Of a DNA stretch of 64,000 bases, positions 52,772 to 64,000 are shown in pieces. The notes below the pieces were generated by a model. That model saw only the letters and a list, made by a program, of their open reading frames with translations. It had not been told where the DNA came from and ran no database searches. The DNA is from Nemertoderma westbladi (lineage: Eukaryota > Animalia > Xenacoelomorpha): positions 20,717 to 84,716 of the forward strand of contig JAUCBJ010008748.1 of assembly GCA_032718475.1 (NCBI GenBank). Reading direction: 5' to 3'. The stretch's first letter is position 1, and each line of letters opens with the position of its first letter. The position numbers were made by a program, and so were the translations under genes.

Positions 52772-53319
52772 TGTTGTGGAGAATCTTCCTAGCCACTTTT
52801 TACTTGGAGAAAAACACTTCCTGTACGAGCCCACACTTTATACAGTGTAATAACAGTTTTATTGTAATTATATGTTACACACAGTTATTAATTAGAGACA
52901 ATCACAGAATGCAAATATTAACGAGTGGGAGACACTCGTCAGAAATAGTGTTTCCACCACGGCTATTTCTCTATCCCCGCTCTCTGGGGGGAAAGAGTCA
53001 ACACACTGGGGCCATAATGGAAAAACTACTTTATCTTATCAATTATCATCTCTGCCATTCCATGTGGCGCGGGCGGTGGCATTCTGTGATTGGCTCGCTC
53101 CTTCCTACATTACAAACCCATCACCATTAACCAAGTAATAACATCACTAGTACTAGTTGGGAGATTGCCAAGATGCCCTTACTTTGATTTCCTACTTATG
53201 TTATCAATATTGAGTCTAAAAGTCGTTATATTGAATGGGGCGAGTCTTAAGGTCCTTTAAAACATTTTGAGAGAGGATAAAATTACTTTGTTATATATAT
53301 CATCATTTCTTTCGTTACA
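52772..53319 (-). repeat. E5 3' LTR (~548 bp; distal boundary tentative)
   Basis: Minus strand TGTAA start after the PPT, AATAAA at 52863-52858, and a CAACA end at 52772. Confidence 0.65.
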
Positions 53320-53763
53320 AACTCCCCCCAAAGTTAAGCTTGCTAAACTTTCAACAACAAAAAAAACAAAGAAATGATTTTGTACCAAAACTATAAAACC
53401 ACCTTATGTTAAGATCAATTAAATTTAGCAATGATTATATTAGATATACCACACCACACTATTTATATTTTGTTTATTTTGATGGCTTCCAGCCAGTCAA
53501 CTATTCGCCAAATCATTCCCGGTACCGGAGTTCCAGCATGGATGGTAAACTTCCATGAACATTTCTTGGGGCCCACGTCGCCTACTGATTTCATTTCGCT
53601 CACGCAAAATGATAAAAACTTTTACAAAATTCAACGACCAAAAGGCTAAAGGCAGTAGGACAAAACTCAGTCCAAAATAACAACTAAAAAAAAAAAACTA
53701 AAATTAACAAAGGGATTAAGTTAAGAGCAGACAACTCATCGCTGTTATCACTATTGGTGTCAT

Positions 53764-54275
53764 TTAAATTCCGTATGAGTCCGCTTTCATCAAGGTATCC
53801 TTGGCAACTTGGTCATACTCCCGCGTACCCGCTAGGCTCCACCATATATATCTGGGGACCGACGTCGGCCCCTACAGCCGCCAGGGTTATAGTCGTCAAA
53901 CGGCCGTATACCCGAGTACAGGGAGCGAGGGTGTACGTATTCGCGAACTTCCAATGGAACGCGGACTCCGTAGGATTCCCGGTAATCCGCCGTCTCATCC
54001 CGCGCGTAATCCACGAGCATTAAATAGTCTGTTAGTAACCCAGCGACCGAGCCACCAACACCTTCCTCTAGGTGGAACAGACGGGTTATCGACTGCACAT
54101 CCGTTTCGTGGAGTTTCGATTGGATGAATTTCTCGACGGCCAGAATGACTCCATCGCTTCCCCGTAACGCCACGATGGTGCCGTTATTCTCCACTGCTTT
54201 CTGAGCGTACTCCACTTGGAAAACTTTACCGTCCAGAGAGAACTGCGTCGCAGAAAGATCGTAATCTAATCCCAT
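53764..54275 (-). pseudogene. PSMA3: Intronless proteasome 20S subunit alpha7 (PSMA3-like) copy inside E5, frameshifted and internally deleted
   Basis: YDLSATQFSLDGKVFQVEYAQKAVEN, DGVILAVEK, SKL, VAGLL.D, YVH..SLYSGIRPF. After a frameshift at ~53897 it reads TITLAAVGADVGPQIYMVEPSG. A third frame gives a possible C-terminal helix (REYDQVAKDTL). Confidence 0.9.
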
Positions 54276-54979
54276 TAACTCATATCATATCGTAATATAA
54301 CTGGTACATAAAATCTTTACTTAATCAAAGTCTCTGACCTAATTTACAGTCCTAATTAAAGACCTAATAATCTACATTTATTATACACCACGTATCGGTA
54401 TATTTAGTGATTAAATTAAATTTCTCGAAATATTTAAACTAATTTTAATTTATTTATGTTACTTTTTTTACACACAAATATATATACTCATTCACAAACA
54501 TAATATCCAGATCACGGATGGGAGACTTTAAGAGCCCGCTCCCCCCATGTTCCTAGGACCTCCTGGTGCCCTGTTAATTTAACCGTTTAAAATCCCCAGG
54601 GACGTCTCCCTACTGTTTTGGGAAATTAAATAAGGTTCCTCCGTATTTCAACGGAGCCATATGAATGGGTCTTATTCTCACCTGCCCATAATGGCATAGT
54701 TCTGTCTGTCGTTATTGACAAAAACACTTAGTTTAATTAAATTAATCCATTCATTCATCATACATTCATAATCATAAATTATTCAAATGTTATTAATATT
54801 ATTTAATATCACCACTATTTAGGCCTATTATATTAATTTCGCATCACATCACTCAAACTCACATTCATTCTAATTTAATAATTATTTTATTTCAAAAAAT
54901 ATGAAATCGAGAAACATAATTTAAAAACTATTATTCTACGTACTAAATCCTATACCCTCCCCCCTTATGTTACGAGATT

Positions 54980-57900
54980 TTAAATAGCTTGCTCAAGCAA
55001 GCAACATTTGTTTACTGGTCTTTTCACTGTTTTCTTACCACTGTTTACAGTTTTTAATTCGACGGTCCGGACATGGCCGTCCGACCCTGCGAAAGTATTT
55101 ATGACCCTCGCTAATTCCCAGTCGTATTTAGATAAAGTATCTTCTGTCACCAGTACGAGATCGCCTGGTTTCAAGTCACGGCGTTCTGTGCGCCATTTTT
55201 GTCTAAAGTGGAGGGTTGGGAGATATTCCGAGATCCATTGTTTCCAGAATATTCGACTAATCTCTTGGACAACCTTCCACCGCTTCCTGCTATACAAATC
55301 ATTCTCGTCAAACAGATTTCGGTTTATTATCTGAACTGGTTTACCCATCATCAAGTGGCTGGGTGTAAGCACTTCGTAAGAAGAAGGATCGTCGGTTGTT
55401 GCGCTAAGTGGACGTGAGTTCATAACGTTTTCTGCCTCAGCAAAAACTGTACGCATTTCATCTTCATCTATACATCTGTTTCTAGTCGAAACCTCAATAA
55501 TACGTTTACAACTGCCTACCAGTCGTTCCCAAACGCCTGAAGAGTGGGGGGCATAAGGGGTATGGAAGTGCCACTCAATCTCCTTGCTGTTTGCCATAGC
55601 TCTAACTTCCGATGATCTGACAGCCTGATATAACTTTTTTAATTCCTGGCTGGCACCAACGAAGTTTGTACCATTATCGGAACTTATTCTCTTTATGCCC
55701 CCGAAGAGCGCGTTTATGAATGCGCTAGCACTAGCATCTTTAATTAACTCAAGGGCTAAAGCTCTTGTGGTATAACACACGAAGATGCCTCCCCATCTCT
55801 TCTCGTACCTCCTCCCCACTTTCACATTTATGGGACCAAACAAATCTACGCCTGCATTGGTAAACACTGGTTGGAATGCAGTTACTCGTCCAGGCGGTAG
55901 CGGCGACATTATTTGTTGAACTCGTTCTCTTTTAATACCCCGGCAAGTCACACATTTTGCCACATAACCTTTAATACGATGTCGCACTGCAGGTATCCAA
56001 TATTTTTGACGTATTCGCGATATCGTAGCCTCCACACCACCATGTAACACCGTACGATGTGCTCCCGCTATGATTTTACCAACTATAATTGAATCCTTAG
56101 GTATTATTATCGGACTTGTTGGCACTATTCCACTGGGCGCATTTAATAGACGCGATCCTAAACAAATTAAACCGTCCCTCATAATGGGACTAAATGTTCG
56201 TAGGTTACTGTCATGGCGTATTGTTTTTCCTGCCGTTAACAAGTTCACATCGGATTTGAAACCCTCTCTCTGGGCATGCCGCAATATTGCCCACTCTGCC
56301 CCCTTAATATCAATCACAGGCTTTGTTGAACGATCCATACGGAAACGCACCAGTGCTCGTAGGTATGCTACGCGTTTGCAAGTTCGATACCAAGTATCAT
56401 CATAACGAAGGACTTGTTCAGTAGGGGTAACAACATCAGTTAAAGTGTTTACCACACCTTTCTTTAATTCAATCACATCAGGGGTATTGGAATTTGTGGG
56501 AAATGTTGGCCATTCGGCTTTGTTAGGTAAGAAAGGCGGACCATGTTGCCATAAATTCTCGTCTTTCTTGAAATGAACTCCACTAACTCCTCTGGACAAC
56601 ATATCTGCCGGGTTTAACTCTGTAGGGCAGTAATGCCAACCATCCAACTTAGTCGTTTCTTTAATTTCTGCTGCACGGTTGGCAACAAAGGTTTTAAACC
56701 TACGTGATTCATTTTGAATATAATGGATGACAGTTGTAGAATCCGTCCAATAATGAGCAGGTCCAGGAATTCGTAATGCGAGTTTAATTTGTCGTAGTAT
56801 TCGAGTCCCTAAAAGTGCTGCCATAAGCTCCAAACGTGGTGTACGAACTATTTTCAAAGGAGCAGCCCTCGCTTTACTATAAGCCAGTCTTGTATCTCGT
56901 CTTCCTTCAGTCTGGGCAAGGTATACAGCAGCGCCATAACCTTCATCTGAAGCATCGCTAAACACATGTGCCTCAATCGCTGTCATAACTCCATCAGAGA
57001 AATATGGCCTGGGGATACTTACACGCTCCAGCTGTCGCAAACTATTTATCCACGTCTCCCACCGGGTTTGGATATACTCTGGAAGGTTTTCTTCCCAACC
57101 TACCTGCAGAATGTAAACTTCTCTCAGAATCTGCCTACCAACCAGCGTAATGGGTGCGAGCAGGCCAAGTGGGTCATATATCCTCGCAATGAAGGATAAA
57201 TAAGAACGTTTGGTATGTAAAATGGTGTCAGTAGATTCCAAGACATATTCAAAGGTATCAAGTGGCCGATTCCACAATATACCTAAAGCCCTGGATTCTC
57301 CACTGTCCGACATACCTTTAAGAATGGGTTCCCTAGACTCGACAATGCCACTGGGAAGGTCGCGGTTTTCATTGCAACCTTTTGACAGATCCTCTGATCC
57401 AATTGGACTCACAATTTGATCAGACATAACCTTCATGAAGGTTTCAGAATTTGATATGAACTTATGTAATTTGAAACCACCCTTCTGAAGGCAATCTCTC
57501 GCTCCTTTAGCCATAATTATAATTTCAGTTTCTGTATTCTTGGAAGCCATGCCATCATCGACATAAAAATCATTGGTAATCATGTCCCTCACCTCTGCCA
57601 TACAAGTATCGGCCTGATCAATGGGAACTTGTCTCATCGACATTGTAGTGGTGCAAGATGAATCTTTAGCCCCAAACATGTGCACCAGCATTTTAAAAAC
57701 AGTTACTGGTACCTTTTCATCAAGGTTGTCTTCCTCACACCAGAGGAAACGAAGGCTCTCTGTATCTTCTGGATACACCTTCACCTGGTGGAACATTGCT
57801 TCCACGTCACACGTGAAAGCAAAAATCCCACTCCTAAATCTCAATAAAACATCAAGACCAGTATTGAAAATATTTGGCCCTTCAACTAAATAATCATTAA

Positions 57901-60900
57901 GACTATGGCCTAAATAGGTCGCTGCTGCATCATTAACCAGGCGTATCTTTCCCTTCCGCTCTTCCCATACTACATGGAGAGGAAGATAATAAGTTCTAGG
58001 AGTGTCTGGTGTTCCCACTGGAACCCTTACCGCCCATCCTTTATCCAGATACTTTTCAATGACAGCCTGAATAGCTGCGTGTCGTCCTGGTATTTTATGA
58101 ACCTTTTGCCTAAGTTTCCTTAATCGATTTTCTACCATCGTTCTATTGTTTATTAAAGGTTCCCCGGGATTTTTCCATAACATTTTAGTTTGATAATGAC
58201 CATCGACAAAACGAATTGAATCTTTTATAGTCTGTAAAGCTCTATTATCCTCTGGAGAGTTTGCCAAAGTTGAATCGTAAAGCCCCTCACAATCTTGGTT
58301 GAAAAGGGATTCCAGATCTCGTTCGGTTCCAACATAATGAACTGACCCAGTCTTTACTTTATGGTGACATAGCTCGCTGTCAGAATCCACATGATTCGTT
58401 ACTGCAGCTGCATTGGCTTCTTCTTTTGGCAGGGTACATTTTGGCTGAATTATTGGATCCGTTTGAGTAACAGAATTTATAGGACCCATTACCACCCATC
58501 CAAATGGCGTTCGTTCTGCTTTGGGCATATCCAGTTCACTTCCCCATCTTTCCTCAAATACTCGGTGGGCTAATAAATTATCTACCCCAATTAGTACAGT
58601 AACTTTAGGGATATCTACAGGTGGATGTTCAAACAATATATTTTGTAAGTGCGAGTATCGTCGAACTTCTGTTTTATTAGGACTCGACCCAATAACTCCC
58701 AGATTTGGAATTACTGTTGCATTAGATACTTTCATCGAGAAACTATTTCCTTTATGTACTGAGTTAAATTGACAGCTCACCATGGTGGCGGTTGTATTTG
58801 TATGTTCATTTCTCAAAGTTGCTAAATCTAAATTATACTTTTCTCCCTTAAGATTTAATCTATCACTCACTTCCTTATCAATTAGGGTTAAGGTAGATCC
58901 AAGATCTAAAAGGGCATATGTACTTACCCCTTTGTTACCCGAACTGACATTGATGGGGACAATTTTTAAATAAACCTTCCCCAGATTTACAGTCATACAA
59001 ATCTCTGAGTGAGCTGTCAAGTTATTTATTTTAGCCAGGGAATTATCCACCTTGGAAATATTATCTACATTTTGAATTCTTTCCTGTTCGGGTTTAATAC
59101 TAAAGGCATCCATTCGTTGCCTCTGATACTCTATGGGGCCACAATCCTGGGCATTGTCTCTAAAATCACTAGACCCACTCCTGCGGTATCCAGCTGCTGG
59201 GGACCTAGATAGAGTGCGATTTGGAGTCCACCTTCTAGAATTCCACCGGTTGAAACAATTTCGGCCAATATGTCCAGTGGAGAGGCAAAAACGGCACAAT
59301 CTGTTCTCCCTTATGTAATCCCATTGCTCATTCTCTGGTGCACTCCGCCACTGATCACACTCAACCGTCATATGAGAGTTATTGTTTGGATGAAGACGAC
59401 ATCGTGAGTTTAAATCACAAATATTCAAATGCGATCTCTGGTTAGAATGTTCCGTACGAGAATTCGATGGTGATTGTTCACTACTAAATGTGACTTGTCT
59501 TTTAATAGAAGGTTTAGCGGCATTACTAAAACCACCGGATGCTACAAACACATTGGATTTCACAGAGTTTCCTTTTGATTCAAAAGCTCTCCTTGGAATA
59601 TCTTCTCGGGATCTCCGATAATTTTCCTCCCTTTTGTCCACCGGTTTTACTCGATTAGTGCGAAAACGTTCCTCACTGTATATGGGATCATTCATAATCT
59701 CAGCTTGATCTTCCAAAAATTGTGCAAGTTCAAACAACTGCGGTTCCCGGTTATACCTACTCCTAATTGTCGCTGCAGTTTTCCTCCATTTTCCCCTGGC
59801 CCAATAAGGGAGAACCTCTACTAGCTGTCGCATATTATTAAGTGAATTAAGTTCATGCGGCATGCTTAATTCAGTAAGGGCCACCAATGCTTTATTCACT
59901 TTATCAGAAAAATCTCTAAAATTATCCTTTGTTTTAATTTCGTTATTATCAACAAGTCTATCGATAGTAGCCTGGACAATCAAACCCGGATTTCCATAAC
60001 GCTTTTCTAAAGCGCTCCATGCTAAAGAAAATCCGTCCGTCAGCCCAGCATACTGTCGAACGACTTGATGCGCCTTACCTTTGGTATAAGCCAAAAGATA
60101 ATTCATCTTTCTGACCATGGAAATATTTTTATTTAATATTTCCTCGGTGTAAAGATGCCGAAACTGTATATATTCTTCCGGCTCTTCACCGTCAAAGGTA
60201 AAGGGTTCTATATTTGGAAGCTCCAGTTTCATTTTAAGGGCTTCCACTACAGCGTCAATTTGATTATGGCTTGGTTCATTTAAACTGACTACCGGTACAT
60301 CATTTGGCCTACCCCTACCACCATTATTTGAATTATCCCCGGATCCTTCTCCAGGATCTCCCCAACCAGATCCTCCGTTGCCTCCAGGTTGTCCGGCGTT
60401 TCCTACATAGACCCGCCTTTCATTTTCATCTATAACTCCAGCTCCAGGAGGTTTACTAACCCTAGGCCCATTAGGCCTACATCCCCCCAAGTTTGGATAT
60501 TTTAACCCTTCAAAACTTTGACCGGTAATAGGCCTACTTTTATTACTTACATTTAATGGTACTGAAAAGCCTGCCTGTTGGTCTACTAATGGCCTACCTG
60601 ACATACCTGTATGTTGACTACCGGTAGGCCTATATATCGCAGTATTCGCGGTACCGGTAGCATCGCTAGGCCTACCCCCTACATTTATCTTCCTATCCAG
60701 GCCTACACCAACCGGTACTTCATAACTGGTTCCCAAATGCCTACTGCTACTACTGTATTGGGGCACATATCTGCCCGATGGAATAAAAGTATCTGCTAAA
60801 GGGTTTCTTCCTAACGGTACCGGTACTTTACTTGACTTAGCGCTTACCGGTACTGCTAGCCCCAGTTCTAATTTACTGCTTTCACCTTGGCCTACCACTG

Positions 60901-61069
60901 GTACGGGTGCAGTTATTGGTACTATATTTTGCGCAGGCCTACTTGTATCGTGATGTGCTACCGGTACCGGTGCGTTACGCGAAAATCGATTTAAACACTG
61001 AGAATCATATTGCTCAGCTTCAGATGATTGGGTTACCGGTACAGGTTCCTCACATTCACTAACGCATCA
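54980..61069 (-). CDS. gag-pol: E5 gag-pol polyprotein (gag, protease, RT, RNase H, integrase), uninterrupted frame
   Basis: ORF 60898-54980, with the frame open upstream to ~61069. Motifs TFDGE, knuckles, LLDLGS, CDVEAMF, YVDD, HVFSDAS, AGVDLFGP, SDNGTNF, GVWERL. Confidence 0.95.
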
Positions 61070-61171
61070 TCATATGTACTCAGGCCTACAGGGTGACGGC
61101 TATGCTCATCTACAGTATAATACTGTACGTTTTCGTAATTCCTATCAATACCTGATTTCTGATTAGGCCTA

Positions 61172-61440
61172 CCCTGCAAACCATAAAATGCATTTTAAAC
61201 ATTAAACTAACATTTTTTTAAAACGTTGAAAACGTTTGAATTATGTTTGTGATAAGCGTTTGTACTCGGAGTTTTTGTCCAGCCGAAACACGCTTAATCA
61301 ATGTTTGGTGGGAACGTTTGAAACAAACATAAAATAAACATAAATTTTGTGCGGCCGTAACATGCCTAATAAACGTTTGGTTAAAAGTCAATTAAACATT
61401 TTAAAAAAACATTAATTAAACGTGTATTTTTTTCTTTTGG
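61172..61440. mobile_element. Probable DNA-transposon end (CACTA/EnSpm-like) inserted into the 5' part of E5
   Basis: CCCTGCAAAC start, dense AAACGTT/AAACATT subterminal repeats and an abrupt composition change. No partner end seen. Confidence 0.4.
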
Positions 61441-62928
61441 CGACAAAGTTGCATTTTTTGTTTCATTTGGTGTTGAGTTGTTCATACAAAGTCTTGAGTG
61501 GCGAGCCATGTAAGCCCATGTGGGCCTTTAGCCTAGGGGTATAATTACCCCTAAATAATAAATACATAATAAACCTAATAAATACCCTTCTGTCAGTCTG
61601 TTGTTGGAAATATTGGAACACTAATAAATCTGTCAAACTTTGATAAAATGAAACCAAACTTGGTATATGTAGTCTATCAATAGTTTAGAAATTTTACATA
61701 TAGACAGACTGCCCCCGATGGCCGCTTATTATAACAGTTCGCTGCCCAGTGTGTCAAGAAAGTGCGGAACGCATGCGGATCGCACGCGGAATGCGTAAAT
61801 TATGCGGATAAGTGTGTAATTAATGTGGGATTGACGCATTTATTTTGAAGGGCATCATCAGGCGAAAATACCGCACAATTTCCACACTAAAAACACAGTA
61901 ACTATTTATACTCATTGAGTGAAATGTGCGTGTTGTACACATTTGCCCAAAGTGTGTTTATAACCTGTCATATCCGCACTTATTACACACAACACAATGC
62001 ATCATGGGAAATATCCCATTATGCATTGCGTGATTACTGAGAACACTCCAGCAGACCAGCACTCTGTGGGCAGGTACCGGTACACGTACAAGGTATGTGC
62101 TTGATAGGCCTGTGTTGTGTTTGTGAACCGGTCAGCGGTCACCGGGTAGGTAGGTCATCAGTAGGGATCGACCGAACTTGTAAATCTTTAAAAAAAAACG
62201 GTATCTAAACAATTACGGAGACTGATTACTGACGAATTCGCACGTAAATCATCCGTGACCGGAAGGTCAACTATAAATGGTTGCCCAGTCAAATATTCGC
62301 TTCAGAAACTGGGCGTTACCAATCTGCTATTTATTGTTAATTCTCAGAAATTTGATGGCATTACTATGGAGGAGTTGGTGGATGCCATGAGGAAAACTCA
62401 TCACTTGATGTGCGATACAAGAAACGGTAAATGGATAATTAAACAATATAATAACAATATAGTAAATTAATTAATAAATAAATAATATTTTTTTATATTT
62501 CAAATTACGTAATTTTTTAAGAAATTTACCTTTATAAAATTTTATTTATAAACATATCCAAACCAATAAGTGTTATAAAGAGGATATAATGCAGAGGTAG
62601 AAGAGGTGGAACTACTTGCGCCAGCGGTGGTGTATTTAAGAATGAAATTGGGTCGAAATAACTTTGGTTTGTGGTAGGAGCAGAGGAAGGCCCCGTATGT
62701 ATAACATTTTTCGATGTACCAGTATATATTTTACACTATTATATGTTACTAACATATTATATATAATATATTTATAGGTGACCGTCTTCAAACTTAATAA
62801 GAGTCTTCGTGAGCTTTAATATCGTATTAATTAAGTCAGTAATTTATTTACCATGGTATATACGCCTATATAATATTAATAAACTGCTTATAACATATTT
62901 ATAGGAAAACGAGGTGAGAATGAGGATT

Positions 62929-63915
62929 GTTGATGGACCAGTTTGTATAATCTCGTTGATGGACCAGTTTGTATAATCTCGTTGATGGACCAGTTTGTAT
63001 AATCTCGTTGATGGACCAGTTTCTATATACTAGTTGATGGACCAGTTTCTATATACTAGTTGATGGACCAGTTTCTATACTTGTAGCTGGACCCGTTTAT
63101 ACTTTTAGCTGGACCCGTTTATACTTGTAGCTGGACCCGTTTATACTCATTGCTGGACCCGTTTATACTTGTAGCTGAACCCATTTGCCTTTATACTCAT
63201 TGCTGGACCGCAGTTTATATTTATACTTGTGCTAAATTCAGTTATACATGTAGCTGGACCCGTTTATACTCATTGCTGGACCCGTTTATATTTATACTTG
63301 TGCTAAATTCGGTTATACTTGTAGCTGGACCCGTTTATACTCATTACTGGACCCTTTTATCTGTTTATACCCATTTATACTTGTAGCTGGACCCGTTTAT
63401 ACTCCTTTATACTTGTAGCTGAACCCTTTTATACTCATTGCTGGAGGCGTTTATACTCGTTTATACTCATTGCTGGACCCGTTTATACTCATTGCTGGAC
63501 CCGTTTATACTAGTTTATACTTGTAGCTGAACCCTTTTATACTCATTGCTGGACCCGTTTATATTTATACTTGTGCTAAATTCGTTTATACTTGTAGCTG
63601 GACCCGTTTATACTCATTGCTGGACCCATTTATACTCGTTTATACTCATTGCTGGACCCGTATATACTAGTTTATACTTGTAGCTGAACCCTTTTCTACT
63701 CATTGCTGGACCCGTTTATACTCTTTTATACTCATTGCTGGACCCGTTTATACTAGTTTATACTTGTAGCTGAACCCTTTTATACTCATTGCTGGACCCG
63801 TTTATATTTATACTTGTGCTAAATTAGGTTATACTTGTAGCTGAACCCTTTTATACTCATTGCTGGACCCGTTTATATTTATACTTGTGCTAAATTCGGT
63901 TACACTTGTAGCTAT
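62929..63915. repeat. Compound minisatellite (26-bp units grading into 21-22-bp units)
   Basis: GTTGATGGACCAGTTTGTATAATCTC repeats, then GCTGGACCCGTTTATACT(CATT/TGTA) variants. Confidence 0.95.
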
Positions 63916-64000
63916 TCCAAATTGTAGTCAAGTTGTAGTTAATTCTGTTTTAATTAAATAAGCATACTAGCAATAAGCATTTTCATATTTCGATTATTCC

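Larger units (their letters stand above)
52772..61171 (-). mobile_element. BEL/Pao element E5 (antisense), 3' LTR to gag; 5' end interrupted or outside the window
   Basis: 1972-aa gag-pol on the minus strand; PPT GGGGGGAG at 53329-53322; LTR starts TGTAACG at 53319. Confidence 0.9.

Noticed and set aside
52846-52850. Alternative E5 LTR boundary (TGTAA, a perfect inverted match to the LTR start)
   Set aside because: It leaves only ~12 nt after AATAAA, and 52772-52845 does not look like E4 pol. 52772 is preferred, but this is unresolved without the second LTR.
53832-54275. Functional host PSMA3 gene or an archaeal/actinobacterial proteasome gene
   Set aside because: It is frameshifted, truncated and embedded between pol and the PPT. 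The YDLSA and LYS..RPF motifs are alpha7-specific eukaryotic features.
55008-60799. Numerous plus-strand ORFs
   Set aside because: Antisense shadows of E5 gag-pol; the same applies to minus-strand ORFs over E1-E4.
62929-63915. CRISPR-like or telomeric array
   Set aside because: Degenerate head-to-tail minisatellite with no spacers and no telomere motif.

Overview
Eukaryotic (invertebrate-like) genomic DNA, mostly transposon-derived, with no intact host gene. It holds a pile-up of BEL/Pao LTR retrotransposons. E1 is a 3' half at 1-7130. E4 starts at 23127 and is interrupted by E2 (24845-49358, TSD AGAGG), which is itself interrupted by the 17.4-kb E3 (29055-46472, TSD AATCT, near-identical LTRs). 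E4 is interrupted again by the minus-strand E5 (~52772-61171). A further degenerate fragment lies at 17.2-19.3 kb. The 7-23 kb interval contains RTE-type LINE fragments, non-autonomous DNA elements, minisatellites and a ~3-4 kb local duplication carrying decayed exons of Ly6/uPAR (three-finger) genes ending CCxxDLCN-stop. Main observation: three different BEL elements carry non-env cargo between pol and the 3' LTR, bracketed by two polypurine tracts. E5 carries an intronless, diverged and disrupted proteasome alpha7 (PSMA3) copy, E3 a 565-aa triple-CCHC protein, and E1 an unknown ORF. Second observation: TACCGGTA/TAGGCCTA palindromes cluster in element leaders and in the E5 gag N-terminus, possibly as accumulated DNA-transposon excision footprints. 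All homology calls are by-eye motif recognition; no searches were run.
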